From: Candidatus Fervidifonticultor quintus
Lineage (GTDB): Bacteria > Sysuimicrobiota > Sysuimicrobiia > Sysuimicrobiales > Humicultoraceae
Direction of reading: 5' to 3'
Assembly (NCBI GenBank): GCA_031459535.1
Contig: JAVKIJ010000045.1
Location: 1-24,877 of the forward strand
DNA length: 24,877 nucleotides
The position numbers were made by a program, and so were the translations under genes. Position 1 is the stretch's first letter. Each line of letters starts with the position of its first letter. Below the pieces are notes generated by a model, which did no database searches, was not told where the DNA came from, and saw only the letters and a program-made list of their open reading frames with translations. Of the stretch, positions 1-10,142 are shown piece after piece.

Positions 1-495
1 ATCGACGTGGTCTCGGCGCTGGCTGCCGAGCTGGGCGTGCAGCTCGACGCGCGGCAGGTGCGGGTGGCGGCCCTGCGGCCCGAGGATCAGGCCGCGCCGG
101 TACCCCAGGCACGGTTGAAATTCGTGGGGCTCTCGGTGAGCGCGGTCCGCAACAGCGCCGAGGTGAAGGTCCACCTGGAGGACCGGGGCATGCTCTATGA
201 GGGCATCGCGGCCGGCCCGAGCCTCCCCCGCTACCGGCTCGCCCTGGTGGCGCAGGCCACCCTGCACGCGATCGAAGTGTTCCTCCGCGCCCAGGGGATG
301 CTGATCTTCGAGGGCGTCGGGATCCACACCGTGGGTGATCACGACGTGGCCGTGGTCACCGTGACCCTGGGCGGCAACGAGCAAGAGACGCTGGCCGGTG
401 CGTCGGTGGTGCGCGACGACCAGCGGGAGGCCGTGGTGCGCGCGGTCCTGGCTGCGGTGAACCGGCCGATTTCCTGGCTTGCGGGCAACCGGTAG
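1..495 (+). CDS. Conserved hypothetical protein, 5'-truncated by the window edge
   Basis: Frame is open from base 1 to TAG at 493-495 with GC3-rich codons. The C-terminus (GASVVRDDQREAVVRAVLAAVNR) looks like a folded alpha/beta domain. No function recognised. Confidence 0.75.
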   Translation: MDVVSALAAELGVQLDARQVRVAALRPEDQAAPVPQARLKFVGLSVSAVRNSAEVKVHLEDRGMLYEGIAAGPSLPRYRLALVAQATLHAIEVFLRAQGMLIFEGVGIHTVGDHDVAVVTVTLGGNEQETLAGASVVRDDQREAVVRAVLAAVNRPISWLAGNR

Positions 496-529
496 GCCGC
501 AGGACGTCCTGCTCCGCCATCGCCTATCC

Positions 530-535
530 TATAAT
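530..535 (+). promoter_or_regulatory. Probable sigma70 -10 element for secA
   Basis: Perfect TATAAT in the GC-rich intergenic region upstream of secA. No clear -35. Confidence 0.55.
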
Positions 536-579
536 GAAAGGCGTTGACCGGGGCTCGGCTCCGGTCGTTGAGGTGTTCC

Positions 580-3216
580 ATGCGCGGACTGCTGAGCCGG
601 TTGCTGGGCGATGCCAGTGAACGGGAGATCGCCCGTCTGAGGCCCCTTGTAGAAGAGATCAACGCTCTCGAGCCCGAGTACGAGGCGCTCAGCGACCATC
701 AGTTGCGCGACCGCGTGGCCGGGTGGCAGGCCGACGTCCAGGGTGCCATCGCCGGCCTGGGCGGCGACGAACGCAAGGTCCGCTTGCAGGCGAAGCTGGA
801 TGAGCTGCTGCCCCACGTGTTCGCCGCGGTCCGCGAGGCGAGCAAGCGAACCATCGGCCTGCGACACTTCGACGTGCAATTGATCGGCGGCGCGGTGCTC
901 CATCGGGGCCGCATTGCCGAGATGAAGACCGGCGAAGGCAAGACCCTGGTCGCGACGCTCCCCATCGCGTTGAACGCCCTCGCGGGTCGCGGGGTGCACC
1001 TGGTGACGGTGAACGATTACCTGAGCCGCCGCGACGCCGGATGGATGGCGCCCATCTACCATCTCCTGGGTTTCTCGGTCGCGGCCATCGGCCACGAGTT
1101 CTCGGGTCTCTACGATCCCGCATTCACCGATCCCAAGCCTCACCACGACGACCGGCTGAACCACTTCCGCCCCATCAGCCGGCGCGAGGCCTACGCCGCC
1201 CATATCACGTACGGCACCAACAATGAGTTTGGTTTCGACTATCTGCGGGACAACATGGCGCTGCGGCTGGAGGACCTGACCCAGCGAGAGCTCTACTACG
1301 CCATCGTTGACGAGGTGGACTTCATCCTGATCGACGAGGCCCGCACGCCCCTGATCATCTCCGGCATTGTGGAAGGCGCGGTGGATCGCTACCAGCGCTT
1401 TGCCCGGGTCGTGCCGCGGCTCCAGGTCGGAAGCGACTACACCGTCGACGAGAAACTGAAGAATGCCGTGCTCACCGACGAGGGCGTCGCCCACGCCGAG
1501 AGGCTGCTGGGGATCGACAACCTGTCCGATCCGGAGCACGTGGACGCGATGCATCACCTGCACCAGGCCCTGCGCGCCCACGCCTGCTACAAGAAGGACG
1601 TGGACTATGTGGTCAAGGACGGCCAGGTCATCATCGTCGACGAGTTCACCGGCCGCCTGATGTTCGGTCGGCGCTATGCCGACGGCCTGCATCAGGCCAT
1701 CGAAGCCAAAGAGGGCGTCAAGGTCGAACGGGAGAGCCAGACCCTGGCCACCATCACCTTCCAGAACTACTTCCGCATGTACGAGAAGCTGGCGGGCATG
1801 ACCGGCACGGCCAAGACCGAGGAAGAGGAGCTCACGAAGATCTACAACCTACCCGTGGTCGTGGTGCCCACCCACCGCCCCATGATCCGGGAAGACAAGC
1901 CCGACCTGATCTACAAGACCCAGCGCGCCAAGTGGAAGGCCGTGGTCGAGGAGATCCTGCAGTGGCACCGGCAGGGCCGGCCGGTGCTGGTGGGGACGCG
2001 TTCCATCGAGAAGAACGAGCACCTCTCGGAGCTGTTGCGGCGCCGGGGCGTGCCCCACCAGGTGCTGAACGCCAAGCACCACGAGCGCGAGGCCGAGATC
2101 ATCGCCCAGGCCGGCCGCGTGGGCGCCGTGACCATCGCGACCAACATGGCTGGCCGCGGCGTGGACATCATCCTGGGCGGCAACCCGCCCGACCCCGCAG
2201 AGGCCGAGCGGGTCCGCTCCCTGGGCGGACTGCACGTCATCGGCACCGAGCGGCACGAGGCGCGGCGAATCGACAACCAGTTGCGGGGCCGCGCCGGCCG
2301 GCAGGGTGACCCGGGGTCGAGCCGCTTCTACATCGCGCTGGACGACGAGCTGATGCGCATCTTTGCCGGAGAGCGGATCGCCGGGTTGATGGACCGGCTG
2401 GGCATCGACGAGGATACGCCCATCGAGCACAATCTGGTCACGCGCCAGATCGAATCGGCGCAGAAGAAGGTCGAGCAATATCACTTCGACATGCGCAAGC
2501 ACGTGCTTGAGTACGACGACGTCATGAACGTGCAGCGCCAAGTCATCTACGCCGAGCGGCGCAAGGTCCTGGACGGCGCGGGGCTGCGAGAGAACGTCCT
2601 CGACATGATCGCGCGGCTGGTCCGGGCCCAGGTCGAGCAAGTCTGCGTCAGAGAGGTCCATCCCGACGAGTGGGATCTTGAGGGGTTAGTCGAAGGCCTG
2701 GCCCAGCTGATTCCGCCGCTGGCTGACGTGGATCCGGCTTCGCTTCGGCGGATGCCGGCCGATGACGTGACCGAGCGGCTCGCCGCCGCGGCCATCGCGG
2801 CCTACGAGAAGAAGGAGGCCGAACTGGGCCCGGAGGTCATGCGGGAGATCGAGCGCCTGGTCCTGCTGCAGACCATCGACCGCAACTGGATTGACCACCT
2901 GCACAACATGGACGCTCTGCGCGAGGGCATTGGTCTGCGGGCCTACGCCCAGGTGAGCCCGCTCATCGAGTACCAGCGTGAAGGGTACGACATGTTCCAG
3001 AATACGTTGCGGGCGATCCAGGAGGAGACGGTGCGCACGCTGTTCCGCGTGCGGGTGGCCCCTCAAGAGCCCCCGGCCCGGCCTGTAGCGTCGGCGAGGG
3101 AGCCGGCGGCGGTGGGCGCCCGGCCCTCGGGCGGCCACCACAAGATCGGCCGCAACGATCCGTGCTGGTGCGGGAGCGGCAAGAAGTACAAGAAGTGCCA
3201 CGGTCGGGAGGCATAG
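580..3216 (+). CDS. secA: Preprotein translocase ATPase SecA
   Basis: Motifs [62 protein letters not shown] and the C-terminal SEC-C motif [22 protein letters not shown] at 580 follows SD-like GAGGTG (570-575). Confidence 0.99.
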   Translation: MRGLLSRLLGDASEREIARLRPLVEEINALEPEYEALSDHQLRDRVAGWQADVQGAIAGLGGDERKVRLQAKLDELLPHVFAAVREASKRTIGLRHFDVQLIGGAVLHRGRIAEMKTGEGKTLVATLPIALNALAGRGVHLVTVNDYLSRRDAGWMAPIYHLLGFSVAAIGHEFSGLYDPAFTDPKPHHDDRLNHFRPISRREAYAAHITYGTNNEFGFDYLRDNMALRLEDLTQRELYYAIVDEVDFILIDEARTPLIISGIVEGAVDRYQRFARVVPRLQVGSDYTVDEKLKNAVLTDEGVAHAERLLGIDNLSDPEHVDAMHHLHQALRAHACYKKDVDYVVKDGQVIIVDEFTGRLMFGRRYADGLHQAIEAKEGVKVERESQTLATITFQNYFRMYEKLAGMTGTAKTEEEELTKIYNLPVVVVPTHRPMIREDKPDLIYKTQRAKWKAVVEEILQWHRQGRPVLVGTRSIEKNEHLSELLRRRGVPHQVLNAKHHEREAEIIAQAGRVGAVTIATNMAGRGVDIILGGNPPDPAEAERVRSLGGLHVIGTERHEARRIDNQLRGRAGRQGDPGSSRFYIALDDELMRIFAGERIAGLMDRLGIDEDTPIEHNLVTRQIESAQKKVEQYHFDMRKHVLEYDDVMNVQRQVIYAERRKVLDGAGLRENVLDMIARLVRAQVEQVCVREVHPDEWDLEGLVEGLAQLIPPLADVDPASLRRMPADDVTERLAAAAIAAYEKKEAELGPEVMREIERLVLLQTIDRNWIDHLHNMDALREGIGLRAYAQVSPLIEYQREGYDMFQNTLRAIQEETVRTLFRVRVAPQEPPARPVASAREPAAVGARPSGGHHKIGRNDPCWCGSGKKYKKCHGREA

Positions 3217-5192
3217 CGTCCCCGGGGCGGCCGTGGTCGGTCGTCGGCGCCCTGACCACCGGCGCCCTGCTCGCCGCCGTCTTTCCCCGATGGGACCAGG
3301 GCTGGCTGGCCTGGGTGTCGCTGGTTCCCCTGCTGCTCGTGGTGCGCCACGCGGGTCCGGGCACCGCCTTCTGGCTGGGATGCCTCAGCGGCCTGGTCGC
3401 CTACGGCGGGTTGATGGAATGGATCCGCCTGTTCGGCACACCGGCCTGGCTGGCGCTCACGGTGATCATGTCGATGTTCCTGGGGATGTTCGCGGCAGCG
3501 GCCGCGGCCCTGGCGGCGCGCTACCAGGCCCGGCGCAGCGGGGCGTGGCTGTGGGTGATTCCTCTGACGTGGGCAGCGGTCGAATATGCCCGGTCCACCG
3601 GCCCGCTGGGGTTTCCCTGGGGGCTGCTCGGCCTCACGCAGTACCGGTCTCCCGTGGTCCTGTCGCTGGCACCGCTGGTGGGGACCGGTGGCATCGGAGC
3701 CGTCATCGCGCTGGTCAACGCCGCAATTGCCGAGGTGATCGCTTCCCCGCGCCGGCGTGCAGCGCCCGTCGCGCTGCTAGGCGTGCTGGCTGCGCTGGCA
3801 GGGGCCCATCGGCTCGCTGTGCCACCGGCATCGAGTTCGCGGGTCGTCGGGGCCATCCAACCCAATGTCCCTCCAGAGACCAAGGGCATGCCAGAGACCT
3901 CGGCGGCGATCCTCGAAGGCCTGCTGCGGCAGACCCGCGAGGCCCGGCGGGCCGGCGCGCAGATCATCGTCTTCCCCGAGACTGCGTTACCCGCTGACGC
4001 CGCTACCTCTCCGGCTGCCCGACTGGCGGTTGCGCGCGCCGCCGGCGGCGCGGTCGTGGTCGCTGGCGCGTTCCTGCCGGGCCCGCTGAACGGGGTGCTG
4101 GTCATCGGCCAGGACGGCGCGACGCTGGGCCGCTACGCCAAGCGGAGGCTGGTGCCGTTTGGGGAGGCCGGTGTCCGGCCGGGGCGGGACGCTGGTCCGG
4201 TGCAGACACCTGAGGGCGCCATCGCCCTGGCCATCTGCTACGAGTCGGCATTCTCTCCCCTGATCCGGCCGCAGGTCGCCGACGGTGCCGCGCTGATCGC
4301 CGTGCTCACCAATGATGGCTGGTTCGGCACGTCGGCTGGGCCGGCGCAGCACGCCGCCCACGCGGTGCTGCGTGCGGCGGAGACCGGCCGCAGCGTGGTC
4401 AGGGCGGCGAACACGGGCACATCCATGTTGATCCGTCCCGATGGGGGGGTCACTGCGGTCCAACCACTGGGCACCGCCGGGGTCCTCGTGGGCGCGCTCC
4501 CCACGGGCGGACCGGTGTCGTTCTACGTCCGGTGGGGGTGGATGCTACCGCCCCTGGCGGCGGCCGCCTGGCTCATTGCTAGCCTTCCGCTGGCGTGGCA
4601 GGCCGTTCGCCGTCGGCTCGCCGATTCAGTCCGGCTCCTGATTTCAGTGCTCGCCCCCGCCGCGGTCCTCGCCGCCGACCGGTTGCTCGCCGGCAGAGAC
4701 GACGGGCCCGGGGTGGTGGCTTCGTGCGCCGTCCTGGCGCTGTGCGCGGCCCTCGCGCGGCGCGATCTGCTCGACTGGCGCCGGATGGGGGCCTCGGTGA
4801 TGTTGTCGGTGGGCCTCACCGTGGTCCTGCTGGCGGCGATGCGGGGCGCCTATGCCCGCTACGGGTTCGTCGTGCCGCTGGGGCCCTCGGGGGGCGGCTG
4901 GCTACCGTGGCTGGCGCCCCACCTGCTGAAAGGGTTCGCCGTGGAGGCCTGGCTGCGCGGGGCGACCTTCTCCCCCGCGATGCGCCTGGGCGGCTGGCCG
5001 CTGGCCATCGCGGTCTCCACGGTGCTGGGCGTCTTCCTGCACGCCGGGCAGTCCCAGGAGATCGTCTTCTGGCACTTGGTCACCGGGGCGGGGTTCGGTG
5101 CCATCCGGCTCTGGACCCGGGATGCGATGGGCCTGGGCCCTGCGCGCGGTGTCGGAGATGCGGTGGTGATGGGCCTCGCCGGCCTGCGGTAG
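3195..5192 (+). CDS. lnt: Apolipoprotein N-acyltransferase with extra C-terminal CPBP/Abi-like membrane domain
   Basis: N-terminal TM helices, [11 protein letters not shown], and nitrilase triad FPET / KRRLVPFGE / ICYESAF, plus TNDGWFG and RAANTGTS. Start is uncertain: GTG at 3195 overlapping the secA end was chosen; the ORF track starts at 3162. Confidence 0.92.
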   Translation: MPRSGGIASPGRPWSVVGALTTGALLAAVFPRWDQGWLAWVSLVPLLLVVRHAGPGTAFWLGCLSGLVAYGGLMEWIRLFGTPAWLALTVIMSMFLGMFAAAAAALAARYQARRSGAWLWVIPLTWAAVEYARSTGPLGFPWGLLGLTQYRSPVVLSLAPLVGTGGIGAVIALVNAAIAEVIASPRRRAAPVALLGVLAALAGAHRLAVPPASSSRVVGAIQPNVPPETKGMPETSAAILEGLLRQTREARRAGAQIIVFPETALPADAATSPAARLAVARAAGGAVVVAGAFLPGPLNGVLVIGQDGATLGRYAKRRLVPFGEAGVRPGRDAGPVQTPEGAIALAICYESAFSPLIRPQVADGAALIAVLTNDGWFGTSAGPAQHAAHAVLRAAETGRSVVRAANTGTSMLIRPDGGVTAVQPLGTAGVLVGALPTGGPVSFYVRWGWMLPPLAAAAWLIASLPLAWQAVRRRLADSVRLLISVLAPAAVLAADRLLAGRDDGPGVVASCAVLALCAALARRDLLDWRRMGASVMLSVGLTVVLLAAMRGAYARYGFVVPLGPSGGGWLPWLAPHLLKGFAVEAWLRGATFSPAMRLGGWPLAIAVSTVLGVFLHAGQSQEIVFWHLVTGAGFGAIRLWTRDAMGLGPARGVGDAVVMGLAGLR

Positions 5193-5209
5193 AGTCCAAT
5201 GGGAGCACC

Positions 5210-5218
5210 TGCTATAAT
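5210..5218 (+). promoter_or_regulatory. Extended -10 promoter (TGcTATAAT) for prfB
   Basis: TGCTATAAT at 5210-5218, with 9 nt between it and ATG 5228. Confidence 0.75.
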
Positions 5219-5227
5219 GCTGTCGCC

Positions 5228-6329
5228 ATGATGCAGCTTGAGGAACTTCACCTGCAGATCGACGAGAGTCGACGACGCCTCCAGGACCTGCGGGGGCATC
5301 TTTGACCTTCCGGCCAAACACGCCCGCATCGTAGAACTCGAACGCGCCATGCAGGAGCCCACGCTGTGGGCCGATCAGGAGCGGGCGCGCGCCGCCGGGC
5401 AGGAACTGAGCGCGCTACGCGCCGCGGTCGAGAGCGTGGTAGCGCTGGAGCGTCGCCTGGAGGACCTGGGCGCCCTCGTGGAACTGGCCGAAGAGTCGCC
5501 CGGCGCCATTGACCCCGGGGAGCTGCACAGAGAGGCCCGGGCACTGGCGGAAGGGCTCGATCGTCTTGAGACCGCAGCCCTGCTCTCCGGCCCGCACGAC
5601 GAGGCCAACGCCATTCTGTCCATCCATGCCGGGGCCGGGGGCACCGAGTCCCAGGACTGGGCCGCAATGCTGGTGCGCATGTACCTGCGCTGGGCCGAAG
5701 GCCGCAGCTACAGCACGGAGATCGTGGACCTGTCACCCGGTGAAGAGGCTGGCGTGAAGAGCGTGACCGTGATCGTCAACGGTCGCCATGCCTATGGCTA
5801 CCTCAAGACCGAGCGGGGCGTGCATCGTCTAGTGCGGTTGTCGCCCTTCGACGCCGCCCACCGCCGGCACACGTCGTTCGCGCTCGTCGATGTCATTCCC
5901 GAGGTGCAGGAGACTGAGGTAGCGCTGCGCGACGACGAGCTCAAGGTGGAGACATACCGGTCCGGCGGCGCCGGCGGCCAGAACGTCAACAAGGTGGAGA
6001 CCGCGGTGCGGATCACGCATCTGCCGACCGGGATCGTCGTGCAGTGTCAGAATGAGCGTTCGCAGCATGCCAACAAACTCACGGCGCTGCGCGTCCTCAA
6101 GGCTCGGCTAGCCGAACTCCAGGAGGCCAGGCAGCGGGAGCGCTTGGCGGAGCTGCGCGGAGAATACCGCGAAGCGGCGTGGGGCAACCAGATTCGGTCC
6201 TACGTTCTGCATCCATATCAGCTCGTTAAGGACCACCGGACCGGCGTCGAGACCGGGGACACCGGTGCCGTGCTGGACGGTCGCCTGGACAGCTTCATGG
6301 ACGCCGCGTTGCGGGCGCAGTTGAGCTGA
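5228..6329 (+). CDS. prfB: Peptide chain release factor 2, decoded through a programmed +1 frameshift at CTT-TGA-C (5300-5306)
   Basis: Frame 0 reads [25 protein letters not shown]-stop. The +1 frame continues DLPAKH... with [11 protein letters not shown], the RF2-specific SPF motif, GGQNVNK and WGNQIRSY. Confidence 0.97.
5291..5306 (+). promoter_or_regulatory. prfB +1 frameshift cassette (internal SD-like GGGGG, CAT, CTT TGA C)
   Basis: CGGGGGCATCTTTGAC matches the canonical AGGGGG-NNN-CTTTGAC RF2 autoregulatory site. Confidence 0.95.
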
Positions 6330-7015
6330 TGCGCCGGGCGCGCCTAGTCATCGCCAGCGTCGCGGCCCTGGTCGCCGTGGGGTGGATCCTGCCCTCGCTG
6401 TTCGTGCAGCACCGGCTCGGGGCAGCGCTGCGACCGCGACTCCAGGCGTCCGGGGGCATCTCGGTCCGCGCGCTGACCTCGGTGTTCTCCCTGGCGAGGG
6501 GTCGCGTCGACCGCACGGAGGTCCTGGCGTCCGGCGTGCACCTGGGTGAGCTGACCGCGCAGACGCTGAGGATGCGAGTGGACGGCCTGCGCGTGCGGCG
6601 CGCGCCTGATGGATCCGTGGTGGCGATCGGCGCGCGGTCGGGGTGGGCGGAGCTGCGGGTGGGTCGCGAAGAGCTGGAGACGTTCCTCCGGCAGCGAGGC
6701 GTGATCAACCCCACCGTGACCATTGACCCCTCGGGGGTCGCCGCGTCTGGTGGGGTGCGCGCCGGGCCGATCTCGGTGCAGGTGCGGCTACGGGGGCAGT
6801 TCTACGCGGCTGACCGCGCCGATCTCCACTTCCGGGTCGACGCGCTGGAGGCGGGCGCGCTGCCGGTGCCCGGGCCCCTGGCTACGACCGTGCTGCAGGC
6901 GACCACAGGTCCCCTCGTCTCGTTTCGACGCCTGCCCATCCCGGTCGCCATCGAACAGGTTTCGTCAGTGCAGGATCGGGTCGTGGTGACCGCACGGATC
7001 GTAGGCACACCGTGA
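6329..7015 (+). CDS. DUF2993/LmeA-like membrane-anchored protein (putative lipid-binding)
   Basis: N-terminal TM/signal anchor, a 'LARGRVDRTEVLASGV' segment and a beta-rich body typical of this family. ATG overlaps the prfB stop (TGATG). Confidence 0.6.
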   Translation: MRRARLVIASVAALVAVGWILPSLFVQHRLGAALRPRLQASGGISVRALTSVFSLARGRVDRTEVLASGVHLGELTAQTLRMRVDGLRVRRAPDGSVVAIGARSGWAELRVGREELETFLRQRGVINPTVTIDPSGVAASGGVRAGPISVQVRLRGQFYAADRADLHFRVDALEAGALPVPGPLATTVLQATTGPLVSFRRLPIPVAIEQVSSVQDRVVVTARIVGTP

Positions 7016-8985
7016 TGCGTCGGGGTTTGGTGGCGCTGGTGCTGGTCGGGCTCGCCGCGTCTGCGGCGGTGCTGGTACCGCGCGTGCGACTCGAGGCCGG
7101 CTACCGGGCGGTGGAGATCGTCCTCGACGGCGACGACTGGCTGATGCTGGCCCGACGCGAAGGTCGGGAACCGGCCCGGATGCTGCGGGCCCTGCGCGAC
7201 CGCGGCGCGACGTCTCTGGCGATAGCCGACAACACGCTGAGGCGCCTGGCCGACGATGGCCTGATCAGCTACGCCAGCGGGCCCACGTTGCAGTCCCAGG
7301 CGCGCCTGTCGGCACTGGCTCCCCCGTTTGCCCGTCTGCACGCGGCCGGGGCCATTCGGACCGACGCCGTCTATGTCACCGGGCCACGAGGGCATCTCGA
7401 CTTCGTGGCCCAGCGATTCCGGGCTCTGCTCGGGCCGGAGCGCACCCACCTGCGGGGTGATGTCGTCGAAGTGATTGGCGCCCAGCAGGACCTGGAGGAG
7501 ATCGGCCTGGGCTATCGGGCTGAGGATGCGGCGCTGGCCAGGGCAGCCGGGTTGGGGGTCGTCCTGCGACCGAGGAACTATCGCGGGCTCTCCCGCGCCA
7601 GCCTGCGGGTCCTGGTGGACGGCTACGCTCAGGCCACGCCCCAGCCCACGCTGATCTTCGCGCTGACGGAGGTCCAAGGTTACGAGAGGCTGATCGGTGA
7701 CGCCGCGGCCGAGTACTGGCGGATCGGCGCCCGGTTCGGTCGCATCGAGGTCTTCTCGGCCAGGCGCAAACAGCGGGGTGAGGATCGGCTGACGGCGCTG
7801 ATGCAGCCCGCGGTGATCCGGGTCTTCAGCATCACGCCGGAAGAGCTCCAGGTCCTGAGGCCGGCGCAGGTTGCCGACCGCTTCCTCCGTGCGGCGCAGG
7901 AACGCAACATCCGACTGCTGTATGTGCGACCGCTGCTGTCCACTCCGGCCGGCGACTCTCCCGTGGACGTCAACCTGGACTTGGTCGCATCCATTGCTCG
8001 GGGCCTGCAGGAGTCCGGGTTCGCAGTGACCCGTAGCCAGCCGCTGGCCCCGCTGGAGGTCCCGCGACCCGTGATGTGGGTCGTCGCCGTCGGGGCGCTC
8101 GCCCTGGCCTTCCTCGTCGTGGATGACCTGGCCCGCGCCGTCGGGCTGCGGCTGAGGTCTTCAGTGGCAGGCGTTTTGCTGGCGCTGGCCGTGTTGATCA
8201 CCGTGGGGGCGAGCTTCTCCCGCCTCGACGGGTTCTGGCGGCAGTTGCTGGCCCTGGGGACGGCCATTGCCGCGGCGACCGGTGCCGTGGTCTGGGCGCT
8301 GCCGCCTCACGCGCCGACGCGGAGGACCTCGCCAATCGCTGCGGGCCTGGGAGTTCTGTTGCGCGCGTTGGTCGTGGCGGTGAGCGGCGGACTGTTCGTG
8401 GCGGCGCTGCTGAGCCAGTGGGCCTTCATGCTCGCCTTCGCGACCTTCCTGGGCGTGAAGCCCGCGCATGCCGCGCCCGTCGTGCTGGTCGGGACGTGGG
8501 TGGCGCTCGGCGCGCGGGCGTCTGTTTCGTGGCGCCAGACGCTGCAGGACCTGGTTGACTGGGTTCGGCGGCCCCTGCGCGTGGGCTGGGCGCTGGCTGC
8601 GTTGGCGCTGGGCACGTTGGGCGTGCTGCTGCTCGCCAGGACCGGGAACATCGGCTTGCCGCTGCTGGGCGCCGAGGTACAACTGCGCACGATGCTGGAG
8701 GACGTGCTGGTCGCGCGGCCCAGGACCAAGGAGTTCCTGATAGGATACCCCGCGCTGGTGCTCGCTGGCGTCGCATCCAGTGTGGGATGGCGAGGCGCCG
8801 CTCTCCCGCTGGCCATGGCTGGCGCCGTCGGGACCGCCGGTGCGATCAACTCCTTTTCGCATCTCCATACGCCGTTGCTCTACACAATCTGGCGGACCGG
8901 AAATGCCCTGCTCCTCGGCGCGGTACTGGCCATCCCGGCCGCGGTGATGCTCCTCTGGGTCGCCCGACGCGGTCGCCGGTCCTGA
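7015..8985 (+). CDS. DUF5693-family membrane protein (typical csaB neighbour)
   Basis: N-terminal TM, large extracytoplasmic domain (ERNIRLLYVRP), multi-TM C-terminus with GVK, RPRTKEFLIGYP and NSFSHLHTP. Lies directly upstream of csaB. Confidence 0.8.
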   Translation: MRRGLVALVLVGLAASAAVLVPRVRLEAGYRAVEIVLDGDDWLMLARREGREPARMLRALRDRGATSLAIADNTLRRLADDGLISYASGPTLQSQARLSALAPPFARLHAAGAIRTDAVYVTGPRGHLDFVAQRFRALLGPERTHLRGDVVEVIGAQQDLEEIGLGYRAEDAALARAAGLGVVLRPRNYRGLSRASLRVLVDGYAQATPQPTLIFALTEVQGYERLIGDAAAEYWRIGARFGRIEVFSARRKQRGEDRLTALMQPAVIRVFSITPEELQVLRPAQVADRFLRAAQERNIRLLYVRPLLSTPAGDSPVDVNLDLVASIARGLQESGFAVTRSQPLAPLEVPRPVMWVVAVGALALAFLVVDDLARAVGLRLRSSVAGVLLALAVLITVGASFSRLDGFWRQLLALGTAIAAATGAVVWALPPHAPTRRTSPIAAGLGVLLRALVVAVSGGLFVAALLSQWAFMLAFATFLGVKPAHAAPVVLVGTWVALGARASVSWRQTLQDLVDWVRRPLRVGWALAALALGTLGVLLLARTGNIGLPLLGAEVQLRTMLEDVLVARPRTKEFLIGYPALVLAGVASSVGWRGAALPLAMAGAVGTAGAINSFSHLHTPLLYTIWRTGNALLLGAVLAIPAAVMLLWVARRGRRS

Positions 8986-10046
8986 TTCTCGGGTACTACG
9001 GCTTCGGCAACCTCGGAGACGAAGCCGTGCTCGCCGGGCTGCTGGCTGCCCTTCGGGCGCGGCTTCCCGAGGCGCTCGTCGCGGTGCTCTCGGCCGATCC
9101 CCAGGCCACGACGCGGATGCACGGTGTATCGGCTCTGCCCCGCGGGCCGGCGGAGATCTGGCGGGCATTGCGCGGTGCGCGCATGCTGGTCTGCGGGGGC
9201 GGTTCGCTGGTCCAGGACGTGACCAGTGCCCGGAGCGCGCTCTACTACCTGGGCGCCATGCAGGCCGCGTCGTGGCGACGGGTGCCCGTGGCGGTGATCG
9301 GGCAGGGCATCGGGCCGCTGCGTCGGGCGTGGATTCGCCGCCTGGCAGGCCGGGCGTTCTCCCAGGCTCGGGTCATCAGCGTCCGCGACGCCGAGTCCGC
9401 GCAGACTTTGCGTGAGCTCGGAGTACGCCCAGTCGTCCATCTTGGGGCGGACCTAGCGCTGCTGGCGCCGGCGGCCGACCCGGGCCAGGTGCAGGAGCGG
9501 ATCAGGCGTGAAGGGCTTGACCGGGCCCCCATCCGGATTGGGGTGGCCACGCGGGCCTGGCCCGGCATGCGCGAACCAGAGGAGCTTGGGCGGGGGATCG
9601 GCCGGTTCGCCGACATGGTAGGGGCGAGAGTTGCGATCTTCCCCTTCGATCGGTCGCGCGATGGAGAGATCAGCCGCACCGTGGCTCGGGCCGCCGCTGG
9701 CCGGGTGGTGGAGGTCGAGACGCCCGCCGAGCTGATGGGTCTGGTGGCCGCCATGGATCTCATGGTGGCGGTACGCCTCCATGGGCTCATCTTCGCCGCG
9801 GCGGGCGGCGTTCCGGCAGTGGCGCTGGCCTACGATCCGAAGGTGACGGCCTTTGCCGCCGAGATCGGCCTGCCCGGGCCGCTGCCGGTGGACTGCACCG
9901 GGCTGGGGCTGGCGGAGGCCATCGCCCGTGCCTGGGACGGACGCGCAAGCCTCCGGTCCCGCGCGCAGGCCGCGTACCCCGGGCTGCGCAGCCGGGCCCT
10001 GGCCTCGGTAGACCTCCTCGCCAGCGTCCTCAACGGGAGGGCCTAG
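8955..10046 (+). CDS. csaB: Polysaccharide pyruvyl transferase CsaB
   Basis: GYYGFGNLGDEA, GGGSLVQDVTS, YYLG, QGIGPL, SVRD, RLHGLI and YDPKV motifs. Start is uncertain: CTG 8955 proposed; the nearest in-frame ATG upstream of the first motif is at 8787. Confidence 0.9.
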   Translation: MGRPTRSPVLILGYYGFGNLGDEAVLAGLLAALRARLPEALVAVLSADPQATTRMHGVSALPRGPAEIWRALRGARMLVCGGGSLVQDVTSARSALYYLGAMQAASWRRVPVAVIGQGIGPLRRAWIRRLAGRAFSQARVISVRDAESAQTLRELGVRPVVHLGADLALLAPAADPGQVQERIRREGLDRAPIRIGVATRAWPGMREPEELGRGIGRFADMVGARVAIFPFDRSRDGEISRTVARAAAGRVVEVETPAELMGLVAAMDLMVAVRLHGLIFAAAGGVPAVALAYDPKVTAFAAEIGLPGPLPVDCTGLGLAEAIARAWDGRASLRSRAQAAYPGLRSRALASVDLLASVLNGRA

Positions 10047-10065
10047 CTCCCTGCGCCACAGACCT

Positions 10066-10095
10066 GCAGGAGTTCCACCGGATCGAACGGAATAG
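10066..10095 (+). promoter_or_regulatory. Sigma-H-type promoter upstream of spoVS
   Basis: GCAGGAGTT - 12 nt - ACGGAATAG closely matches the Bacillus SigH consensus RnAGGAwww-N11/12-RnnGAATww. Confidence 0.65.
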
Positions 10096-10142
10096 CCTCC
10101 CAGTATCGCCTGCCGTCGCAGCATTTCAAGGAGGCAGACATC

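Noticed and set aside
5238-5305. Apparent prfB pseudogene, or TTG start at 5238
   Set aside because: Explained by the canonical CTT-TGA-C programmed frameshift from ATG 5228.
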